NCBI GenBank assembly: GCA_963849325.1
Contig: CAWKHF010000004.1
Location: 128,001 to 192,000 of the forward strand
Origin: an uncultured Planctomycetota bacterium
GTDB taxonomy: Bacteria > Planctomycetota > Planctomycetia > Gemmatales > Gemmataceae
Reading direction: 5' to 3'
DNA: 64,000 nt
The notes under the pieces were generated by a model. The model searched no databases and was not told the origin of the DNA. It saw nothing but the letters and a program-made list of their open reading frames with translations. Positions 8,785 to 17,600 of this stretch are shown here, in pieces (position 1 is the first letter of the stretch; every line of letters begins with the position of its first letter). The position numbers and the translations under genes are program-made.

Positions 8785-9318
8785 ATGGGCAATTTCATTG
8801 GCATGACCATCTGGCGTCTGCCTGAACGACCAACCAAGCGCAAGCCGAAGTATGTGGGCTGCCACTACCGCCTTGATCTTGTGCCTCCAACCTCTGAAGT
8901 CCTTCTGGACGCTTATCACGCCGCCAAGGACGAGAGCCGCTGGGTCATCCTTCCTTACCGCCCGCTGCCTGGGGGAAGCGTTGACCACCAGTGCTGGAAG
9001 AACGTCGAGAAGGCCGTTGAGTTGTGGGGCGGGGAGATGCAGCCGGGTTGGTATTTCCATCGTGATCCGATGATCGCCAAGAATTACATGGCTGACATCG
9101 AGGCGGTCCCGCACTCTGTCTGGCGCTCGCCGGAAGGACGGTTGTTCGAGGTCAGCGCAGATTGCGAAGGTGCCCCGTTCTTCCCAAGCCAGGTGGTCCG
9201 TCCATATATGGCTCTTAACGTCGGCTTTTGCGACGATCTCTCCCATGCGTCCACCTACCGGCCTTGCGACCCTGAGTTGGCGGCGGTGAGTGGTAATGCC
9301 TATTGCAAGGTTCCATGA
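8785..9318 (+). CDS. Hypothetical protein, candidate papain/transglutaminase-like Cys-His-acid fold
   Basis: GGGAG RBS; CWKNV...GG...GW...EAVPHSVWRSPEGRLFEVS pattern. Confidence 0.55.
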   Translation: MGNFIGMTIWRLPERPTKRKPKYVGCHYRLDLVPPTSEVLLDAYHAAKDESRWVILPYRPLPGGSVDHQCWKNVEKAVELWGGEMQPGWYFHRDPMIAKNYMADIEAVPHSVWRSPEGRLFEVSADCEGAPFFPSQVVRPYMALNVGFCDDLSHASTYRPCDPELAAVSGNAYCKVP

Positions 9319-9393
9319 CGATTGGGCGCTCATCCGCCGCCTCGCCGCTGAGTACGGCCCGGACTGTGCGGCGCACCGAGGAGTGAGAACAAC

Positions 9394-10359
9394 ATGACCA
9401 TGATCGCACCTGGACCCTGCCGCATCACCCACGGCCCTCACGATTCGTATTTCAAGAACATCGAGGGCAAGTCGGTCGCCTCGATCCGGCGCTCCCTGGC
9501 GAGTGTCTTCAGCATCCCCAACGACGCCGAGGCGTTCATCGGCGGCTCGGTGGTCGATGGCCAGTCCCGGCTCCGGGCGGGCGACTGGCTGACGTTCTTG
9601 AAGCTGCGGGGGCGGAAGGGATCGGTGCGGGAGCCGATGCTTCCGCCGCCAGAGCATTGGGATGAAGACAAGACGCCCATGCGCCGCCTTTTGCACCTGG
9701 AGGCCAGCACCTACCGGGTCGATACGCTCTTCGACCTTCCACCGGCCAGGGCGGACTGCTTCACCGAGAACTACGTCGTCAGTCCAGGCGGCCACTTCGC
9801 CTATCGCAATCGCATCCTGCTCGGTGGAATGCCTCTTCGCCTTTTCGGAAAGGATCAGGCGATGGTCGTCTGGAATGGCGACGTGGTGATCCCCATGCTC
9901 TTGGACATGACGGCGGACTCCCGGTGCGGCGGGAAGTTCCCGGCGACGGCGACCAGGGAGGAGCGGGCGAAGTGGGCAGCGGTCTGGATGTCGATGACCC
10001 CCGCTGAAATGCTGACCCAGCGCAGCGGCGTCCAGGCAGCCGAGGGCACCGTCGTCCTCGGCGGGCTGGGCCTGGGCTGGCTGCTGCGGAAGGTCTGCGA
10101 GAAGCCGTCCGTCGAGCGTGTCATCGTCGTGGAGAAGAGCCGGGAGTTGCTGGACTGGTACGGGACCGACCTGTGCAAGCGGTACGGCAAGGTTTCCGAC
10201 GTGATCTGCGACGACGTTTACAACCAGATCGGCAAGCACGGGGCCGGGGTCAAGTACCTGCTGGACATCTGGCTGTGGTTCGGCCAGGCACGGCGGGACA
10301 GCCGGTTCAAGGCGTTGAAGCGCAAGCTGAAGAAGCGGCTTTGGGGATGGGGGTTCTGA
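9394..10359 (+). CDS. Ubiquitin-like domain (aa 9-76, ends GRKG) fused to a class I SAM-dependent methyltransferase-like domain
   Basis: GAGGAG RBS; beta-grasp pattern, then WMSMTPAE, VVLGGLGLGW, VIVVE and LLDIW motifs. Confidence 0.75.
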   Translation: MTMIAPGPCRITHGPHDSYFKNIEGKSVASIRRSLASVFSIPNDAEAFIGGSVVDGQSRLRAGDWLTFLKLRGRKGSVREPMLPPPEHWDEDKTPMRRLLHLEASTYRVDTLFDLPPARADCFTENYVVSPGGHFAYRNRILLGGMPLRLFGKDQAMVVWNGDVVIPMLLDMTADSRCGGKFPATATREERAKWAAVWMSMTPAEMLTQRSGVQAAEGTVVLGGLGLGWLLRKVCEKPSVERVIVVEKSRELLDWYGTDLCKRYGKVSDVICDDVYNQIGKHGAGVKYLLDIWLWFGQARRDSRFKALKRKLKKRLWGWGF

Positions 10360-10364
10360 ACATC

Positions 10365-11216
10365 ATGCTCTTGACTGGCGAACGCTGGGCACCGGGCCGG
10401 GAGATGCACGACCCCGGACACTGCCGCATCACCCACGGCCCTTGCGATTCTTATTTGCCGAACCTCGCTGGCAAGTCGGTGGCATCGGTGCGGCGTGGCC
10501 TGGCGACCGTCTTCTCGATCTCCACCGAAGCTGAGGCTTTCGTCGGCGGTTCGGTGGTCGGTCCCGATTACCGGCTCCGGGCGGGTGACTCGGTGCTGTT
10601 TCTGCGGCGTGGGTGGGGGCGGAAAGGGGCGTTCACCAAGTTTGGGACCATCCTGGCTGACCCGGCCTGGCCTTACCGCTCGCCCCGTGCTGTCGTCGGT
10701 AACGGTGGTCGGGGAAACCCGGATGGCCACGCCAAGGACATCACCCAGGTCGATGCCAGTGCGCACTACCCGGTGATGACCTTGGAGGAGATCAAGGCGT
10801 TGCCAGTCGAGGAGGTCGCCGCCGACGCCGCCCACCTTTACCTCTGGACCACGAACGCCTTCATGGTCGAGGCCCACGACGTTGCCCGTGCCTGGGGCTT
10901 CCAGCCGAAGACGATCCTGACATGGGTAAAGCTCAAGCTGGACCGCCCGGAAGTCTCGATGAAGACGGGCCACTGGTATCGCTCGGCCACGGAACACATC
11001 GTTTTCGGCGTCCGGGGTAGCCAGCGGCTCTTGGGATCGGCGGTGCCCACGGCCTACCTGCTGCCCAGGCTCCCGCACAGCGAGAAGCCTGAGTTCTTCT
11101 ACAAGCTGGTCGAGGCGCAAAGCCCTGGCCCGTACCTGGAGCTTTTCGCCCGGCGCCGCTGGCCTGGCTGGGACGCCTGGGGGAACGAGATCGAATCCAC
11201 GATCCGGTTGACGTGA
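10365..11216 (+). CDS. Ubiquitin-like domain fused to an MT-A70-family adenine methyltransferase
   Basis: Ubl at 10422-10628, then ILADPAW, HLYLWTTN, WGF, GHWYRSATEH, HSEKP, YLELFAR, WDAWGNE. Start could be 10365 or 10404. Confidence 0.85.
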   Translation: MLLTGERWAPGREMHDPGHCRITHGPCDSYLPNLAGKSVASVRRGLATVFSISTEAEAFVGGSVVGPDYRLRAGDSVLFLRRGWGRKGAFTKFGTILADPAWPYRSPRAVVGNGGRGNPDGHAKDITQVDASAHYPVMTLEEIKALPVEEVAADAAHLYLWTTNAFMVEAHDVARAWGFQPKTILTWVKLKLDRPEVSMKTGHWYRSATEHIVFGVRGSQRLLGSAVPTAYLLPRLPHSEKPEFFYKLVEAQSPGPYLELFARRRWPGWDAWGNEIESTIRLT

Positions 11217-11226
11217 GAAAGGACGA

Positions 11227-11892
11227 ATGAGGATGCTTCCCGTGCCGTTGACTTCGCCGCCCAAGAACGCAGTTGCAGGCAGTGGCGGACTTCAGCCCCC
11301 ACCGGCCTGCCGCATCACCCACGGCCCCAACGATTCTTATTTCGAGAACGTCGAGGGCAGGTTCGTCGCCTCGATCCGGCGCTGCCTGGCGACCGTCTTC
11401 TCCATCCCCGACGACGCCGAGCCTTTCATCGGCGGCTCGGCGGTCGCTGCTGAGTACAGGCTCCGGGCGGGCGACTGGTTGGAGTTTTTCAAGCGGCGTG
11501 GGCGGAAGGGTGCGCTGGAGCCGGAGGAACTGGTCCTCATCGAGAAAGAAGGCTTGACCTTGACCGAGGCCGCAGCCCTGCTTCCCGGCAGGAAGCCCGG
11601 CAAGCGGCTTTACGTTAATACGATCCGCCGCTGGTGCATGAAGGGGCTTCGCAACGGCGTCCGGCTGCGCTCCGTCTTGATCGGCGGGCACCGGCTCACC
11701 ACCCGGCGCTGGTTGCAGGAGTTCATCCAGGCGATGGACGAGGCGCATGAGCCGGGGGAATCCAGCCCACCCGTGATCCGCACTCCCCGCCAGCGCAAGA
11801 GCGCCGCTGAACGGGCCGTGGAGGAGTGGAAGGCGTTCTGGAAAAAAGGCGACCGCCCACCGAGCCAAGGCGACTCGCAGCCTCGTACATGA
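11227..11892 (+). CDS. Ubiquitin-like domain fused to a DUF1580-like HTH (excisionase-like)
   Basis: Ubl at 11308-11511, then LTLTEAAALLP...TIRRWCMKGLRNGVRLRSVLIGGHRLTT; adjacent to the integrase. Confidence 0.75.
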   Translation: MRMLPVPLTSPPKNAVAGSGGLQPPPACRITHGPNDSYFENVEGRFVASIRRCLATVFSIPDDAEPFIGGSAVAAEYRLRAGDWLEFFKRRGRKGALEPEELVLIEKEGLTLTEAAALLPGRKPGKRLYVNTIRRWCMKGLRNGVRLRSVLIGGHRLTTRRWLQEFIQAMDEAHEPGESSPPVIRTPRQRKSAAERAVEEWKAFWKKGDRPPSQGDSQPRT

Positions 11893-11992
11893 GCTTCAGC
11901 GCATTCCGACGCTCGCTCGTTGGGGGCTACGGTGCGGCTGGCCTGATGGCGAACCAGCCACACCTTTCTCCTCGCCCTCGTCCCGCCGCTGA

Positions 11993-13365
11993 TTACCCCA
12001 TCTCCAGAGCGATCTTCTCCACCAACTCCATGTCCTTCTCGGCGTAGATTTCGGCGGTGGACAGCTTCGTGTGACCCATGTAGGCCCGTGCCGCTTCCAC
12101 GCCGTACTTCTTGCACACGTCCGTCCCGCAGACGTGCTTCAACTGGTGCGGATGCCAGTGGGGAACCCCGGCCTTCTTACAGGCACGTTCGATGGCACGG
12201 GCGTAGCTGTGGCGGTCGTAGTGGTCCCGTGGCTCTCGCTTCGGCTTGGCTTTTTTCTTCTTGGCCTGGCGTGCGACGTGCGATGGCCACAGCGGGGTCT
12301 TCCGCCGCTTCCGTCGCTCATCGTACTTCCTCTGGCGTGCCTCTCGTGGCTGGAACAGGAACTCGTCCTCGTTTTCCCGGAACCATTCCTTTAGGATCGC
12401 CTGTGCCTTCGGGCCGATGGGCAGCAGCTTCACCGACGCCGAGCCGTCCGCCTCCTCGACATGGGCTGTCTTGTGCAGGTTGGCCGGACCTTCATGGGGA
12501 ATCTCGTTGGGGTCGATCCGATACCACCAGACGGGTCCGCTGCGGTCGATGTTCCGGCCCCGCATCAGGCAGATTTCCGTCTCCCGTGCGCCGATCAACG
12601 GCTGGAGCCGCACCATCGCCGCCACCTGGGGGCAGAGGAAGGGCAGCACGGCCTCGACGTGCTGCTGCGACACCGGCCTGACCTTCGGCCTCTCGTAAGT
12701 CCCTGGGTGGCCCCGCCGCAGCCCCCGCACCGTCATGAGCGCCTGGTACACCGAGGGCGGGACCAGTTCCTCGGAGACGGCCCACTTGAACGTCCGCTTG
12801 ATGAGGTCGATCCTGCGATTGATCTCCTTCCGGGAGATCGCTTTCTTCTTTTTCAGAAGCTCGACGGGCTTCCACTCGCCCTTCCGCTCGGCCTCCCACT
12901 GGTCGGCGTGCCCCGCCCGCTGGCGGATGCGGCTCTCCGGCAACCACCTTTCCCACGTCACCGAGTCGTCGGCAAGGCGGATGAGGTAGCGGTGGTCGTC
13001 GATCATCTTCTGGCGGACGGCCTTGAGCTTCAGCGGGCCGAACTCGGACGCCGGGGTGAGGCCGTAAAGGTCGATGAGGGGAGCCTGGGCGTACTGGTAG
13101 TTGTCCTTTTCGCCGGAAGGCGACCCATCGACCAGGCGGTAGTAGACCTCGGCGTGCTTGCAGAAGCGCACGCAGACCTCGGCTACCGACAGGTCCGGGC
13201 ACCGGCCACCGGCTGCCGTGGACGGGGCGAGCATCCCGGCTGCCAGCCACTCGTTGATGACACGGGTGTACTCCCGCTTGCTTTCTTCGGAGTCGAAGGG
13301 GCCGAGCAGGAAATCCCGGTACTTGCCGCCGCCGAGCGGCAGCGATACGACGGCCTGACCAGACT
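11993..13365 (-). pseudogene. Tyrosine recombinase/integrase, 5' end removed by the IS
   Basis: GARETE, HQLKH, MGH and IYA motifs. Begins at SGQAVVSL...LGPFDSEES exactly at the IS boundary. Confidence 0.85.
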
Positions 13366-14690
13366 CAGTAGTTTCCGGTTCGGGCTGAGGGAGGAGGGGT
13401 GAGGGAGACAATCGCAAGGCTCCTCCTGAGAATGACTTGTACCACCAAGGACATTCCAGGAGGGAGCCATGCGACAACGGCAGTATACACTCACCCCCGC
13501 CCACGTCCACGCCCACGTCAGCGCCCGGATGCAACAATATCTCCGCCTGGCTGACCACGGCCCCCGCTGCCGAGCCGATACCCTGTGGGCCGTCCTCTGC
13601 TACGCCGCCAGCCGCATCATCTCTCTGGCCGCCGCCTGCGCCGCCCTCCGCGACGCGCCCTCCGACACCGCCGCCCACGACGCCCTGCTCGCCACCCTCC
13701 CTGACTACGCCGAACTGCAACGCCGCCTCAACCGCGCCCTGCAAGGCGACCTGCCCCACGCCTTACGCCGACGCCGCCAGCCCTTGGCCATCGACTTGGT
13801 GCTCATCCCCTACCACGGCAGACCCCTGCACCACGCCGACGAGGTCTACCGCAGCCAAGCCAAGAGCGGCACCAGCCACTTCCACGCCTACGCCACCGCC
13901 TACGTCATCCAGAAGGGCCGACGCTTCACCGTTGCCCTCACCCCGGTGGCCCGCCACGACGCCATGCCGGAGGTGCTCAAGCGGCGGCTGCGTGAGGCGG
14001 CGCGGGCCGGCATCCGCCCGCGTTATCTGCTGTTGGACCGCGGCTTTTGCAGCGTGGACGTCATCCGCTACCTGCAGAATGCCCGCTACGCCTGGTTGAT
14101 GCCGTTGGTGCTGCGCGGGCGCAAGGCCGACCACCCCAAGGGACCGTCGGGCAGCCGGGTTTTCGCCGGCCGCAAGCGTAGCGGCTGGGCCGAGTACACG
14201 ATGACCAACGCCGCCAAACGCCGGGCGCGGTTCCGGGTGTGTATCAAGTGTCGCAACCGTCGCGGCGAGCGGGGGCGGCATGGCCGTGAGGCGTTGGTGT
14301 ATGCCTTCGGCGGGCCGTTGCGTCCGTCGTCGTATACGTGGGTGAAGGAGACGTATCGGAGTCGGTTCGCCATCGAGACGAGTTACCGTCAGATGCACCA
14401 GGCGCGGATTCGGACCTGCACGCGCGATCCGCTGCTGCGTTTGTTGTACGTGGGGGTGGCGTTGCTCTTGCGCAACGTCTGGGTGTGGTTGCATGGGCAG
14501 GTGTTGGCGCGTCGTCAGCGAGGCGGTCGGCGGATCGACCTGGGGCGTTTGAGCTTTCGCAAGATGCTGGTGTGGTTGCAACACTGGGCCGAAGCCCATT
14601 TGGGAATCCACGATGAAATCGCCACGGAACATCGGATGTATGAATGAGTTGGGGAATGGTATCATAATTCACACTCACCGGAAACTACTG
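13366..14690 (+). mobile_element. ISH3-family (IS4-like) insertion sequence, 1325 bp
   Basis: Perfect 14-bp terminal inverted repeats CAGTAGTTTCCGGT (13366-13379) / ACCGGAAACTACTG (14677-14690), with AGACT on both flanks. Confidence 0.9.
13469..14647 (+). CDS. DDE transposase (ISH3 family)
   Basis: AIDLVLIPYHG, LLDRGF, YRSRFAIETSYR; GGAGGGAG RBS. Confidence 0.9.
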   Translation: MRQRQYTLTPAHVHAHVSARMQQYLRLADHGPRCRADTLWAVLCYAASRIISLAAACAALRDAPSDTAAHDALLATLPDYAELQRRLNRALQGDLPHALRRRRQPLAIDLVLIPYHGRPLHHADEVYRSQAKSGTSHFHAYATAYVIQKGRRFTVALTPVARHDAMPEVLKRRLREAARAGIRPRYLLLDRGFCSVDVIRYLQNARYAWLMPLVLRGRKADHPKGPSGSRVFAGRKRSGWAEYTMTNAAKRRARFRVCIKCRNRRGERGRHGREALVYAFGGPLRPSSYTWVKETYRSRFAIETSYRQMHQARIRTCTRDPLLRLLYVGVALLLRNVWVWLHGQVLARRQRGGRRIDLGRLSFRKMLVWLQHWAEAHLGIHDEIATEHRMYE

Positions 14691-17600
14691 AGACTATGTA
14701 CACCTGACCCGAAGTCAGAATAGTCGATTTCGAGGTGCGCCAAACCTTCCCACTGTTATCAGTCGCTAAACGATAACCCGATGCTTGCTCCATCAATTGG
14801 ACCAGAGCCTGCTGCGGGGCGGCGGCACCATTTACGCTTAAGCCTGTGTAAACGTTGTAGAAGAACGAAGCGGAGGAAGTAGCCAGATTTCCATTGTTGG
14901 AGACCGTATATTCAACACTTACGTTGGCGGCTGGACCACCATCGGGTGCCATTCCCTGAATGACAATCGGGATAGGCTTCCCTGTCGCGTTGAAGTCCTT
15001 CCTGGGAGGGCCACCTGGTCCGACCAAACTCCACGGACCTCCTTGCACTGGCTGCCACCATACTCGAACGGAGTTCGGGATGCTCCACGTCAGCGTTCCC
15101 GTGGAGTTCGCCGGGCCAATGGTGATCGTGCCTTCGACAAGGTTTGAATCCAAGGTTGGAAGAACCGTACTTTGCCGATAGTCCGCCATCTGTAAAATTG
15201 GATTAAGTGGATCCTTCATGCGCACATAAAAATCATCATCAAGGTGAATTCGTAACCCTGGTTGGGCTGCGGCAATAGGATTGAGCGTGCGACCGAAGTC
15301 GAGCTTGACCGCCGGGACCACCGCCTGCGGCTTCTCTTCCGGCGGCGGCGCCGGTGGCGCCGCCGCGGCCACTAGAAGGGACTCGAATACCTGAGCCGTG
15401 CTCTGCGCCGTAACGCTGCCACTCGGACCCGTGATCGTTACCTGGACCGTGTAATCGGGATTCTCCTCGCTGTACGTATGCATCCCGGTGACGGTGAAAT
15501 ATCCCCCTCCGCCATCGACCGTGCCGCCCGTCGGCGCCGTGCCGTCGCCCCAATCGATGGTGGCGCTGAAGTCGCTGGCTTGATCGTTCAGGTTCTGGTC
15601 CATGAACGTCGCCACCGTGACCGGAGCGACCTTGACCACGCCCTGGACCTCCTGCACGATCGCCTGGCTGCCTCCGACGTCCGTGATGGTGACGGTCACG
15701 TTGTAATAGTGTTGGATGCCGTACGTGTGACTGCCGATGACGCTGAAGACGCCATTGCCCCCGCTAATCACCCCTGCCGTGGACGAACCATCGCCCCAAT
15801 CGATGGTGGCGCTGAAGTCGCTCGCCAAGGCGTAGGGATTGGGATCGGTGAACTGCGCCATCGTCACGCCGTTCAACGGCACATTCGGACCCGGCTCCAG
15901 GTATCCTCCTCCCTGCGTGGCCGTCAACGCCGCGTCCACCACGGTTACCGCGTCGCTGACCGTCTGCGTACTGCCGTCGGGCCCCGCGATCGTCACCACC
16001 GCCGTATACGATCCCTCCTCGGTGTAGGTGTGCGTATCGATGACGCTGAACGTTCCGTTCGAGCCAGTTACCGTGGCCGCGTCCTGGTTGCCGTCGCCCC
16101 AATCGACCACGGCCGAGTAGTCGTCGGCGCTGTAGCTGGGATCGGTATCCGTGAGAGCCGCTAACGTGAAGTTATTCGCTATTCCTTCGGTCGCTTGCGG
16201 GGAGGTTCCGGCCGCCGTGAAGGTGCCGCCGTCCACCGCCGCCCCGCTCAGGGCCGTGGCTGTGTTGCCCGAACTGTCCGCGACCGTCACCGTGACTAGG
16301 AATTGCTGACCGCCCGTTGCCTCGGTGTAGGTGTGGCTGCCGGTCACGCTGAGACCGCCGCCCGATCCCGCGATGGTGCCGTTATCGGTCGTGCCGTCGC
16401 CCCAGTCAATCGTGGCCGAGTAATCCCCGGCCTGGCCGTTGCCGGTGAACGTGGCCACGGTCACGTCGTTGAGCGGCACGCCTACCTGGGCCGACAGGGT
16501 CGTTCCGGTCGCGGAGATGACCGGAGCGGTGACGGTGACTGTTGAGGCGGCCGTGGTCGTGGACCCGCCTGCGTCGCCGATGTACACCGTCGCGGTGAAT
16601 GTCCCCTGGGTCTGGTAGGTGTGGCTGCCGGAGACCGTGTACACGCCGTTGGTGAGGGTGATCGTGCCCAGGTCGGTCGGGCTGCCATCGCCCCAATCGA
16701 TGGAAGCGGCGTAGGAATCGATGGAGTCGTTGGGGTTGGCGTCGGTGAAGGTGGCGAGCGTGGCGTTGTTCAGGGCGCTGCCCTGTGGCGTGCTGAGCGT
16801 CTGCGGCGTGGCGCTCAGTGCGGCGTCGGAGACGGTGGCCGTCGCCGTGGCCACGGTGGTCATACCCACGTCATCGGTGATCGTCACGTTCACCGGGTAC
16901 GTCCCGCCATCGGCGTAGGTATGGCTGCCGGTGACGCTGTAATTTCCGCCAGAGCCGGTCACGGTGCCGTTATCGGTCGTGCCGTCGCCCCAGTCAATGG
17001 CGGCGGTGTAGCTACCGTTGCGGGTGTCGGTGAAGGTGGCCACCGTCACATCATTGGCCGGGATTCCCTCGCTGGCGCTGAAGGCGGGGTCCGCCGGGGC
17101 CATGGTCGAGACAACGACTGTGCTGGTGCCCGTGGCCGAATAGCCGTCCGCGCCCGTGACGGTGATCGTCGGAGTATACGTGCCGGCCGCGGCGTAAGTG
17201 TGATCACCTTGCACGTAAAATCCGGATTCATCGCCGACGATGGTGGTGTTGCCATCCAGGCCGGAGCCATCGCCCCAGTCGATCGTCGCCGTGTAGCCCG
17301 TCGCCGGCCCGAAGCCATCGACGGCCTGATCGGTGTTGGCGTCGGTGAAACTGCCGACCACCACCGTGCCGGTGTCCTGCCCGGCCGTGGCGTACAAGGA
17401 ATTGCCGGAGACCGACAGGGCGGCCTCGCCCACCGTGGCGCTGCCGGTCTGTGTCAGCGTCGCTCCGCCGGCGTCCGTTACCGTCACGTTGATCGGGTAC
17501 GTACCGGGGTTATCGTAGACGTGGCTGCCGGTCAGAGTGTAGCTGCCGCCGGAGCCGCTGACCGGAGCGTCATCGACCTGGCCATCGCCCCAGTCAATCT

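Larger units (their letters stand above)
1..13365. mobile_element. Integrated element (prophage remnant, satellite or ICE-like), open at the left window edge and cut at right by an IS
   Basis: Helicase, MTases, co-oriented micro-ORFs with strong AAGGAGG-type RBSs, an excisionase-like HTH and a terminal tyrosine integrase. No capsid or conjugation genes are in view. Confidence 0.8.

Noticed and set aside
9394-9621. First Ubl being exactly 76 aa, like ubiquitin
   Set aside because: Depends on start choice and the other copies differ in length; treated as coincidence.
9418-11511. Ubl domains as ordinary ThiS/MoaD sulfur carriers, or as inteins
   Set aside because: No free C-terminal GG, no ThiF/MoeB or cofactor genes nearby, and no intein His-Asn terminus or sufficient length.
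7054-11511. Ubl copies as the template/variable repeats of a diversity-generating retroelement
   Set aside because: No reverse transcriptase in the window, and differences are not confined to adenines.
11893-11992. tRNA or att site next to the integrase
   Set aside because: No cloverleaf, T-loop motif or matching direct repeat was recognised.
11993-13759. 588-aa full-length integrase ORF from the track
   Set aside because: The first ~130 aa are antisense read-through of the IS; integrase sequence starts at the IS boundary (13365).
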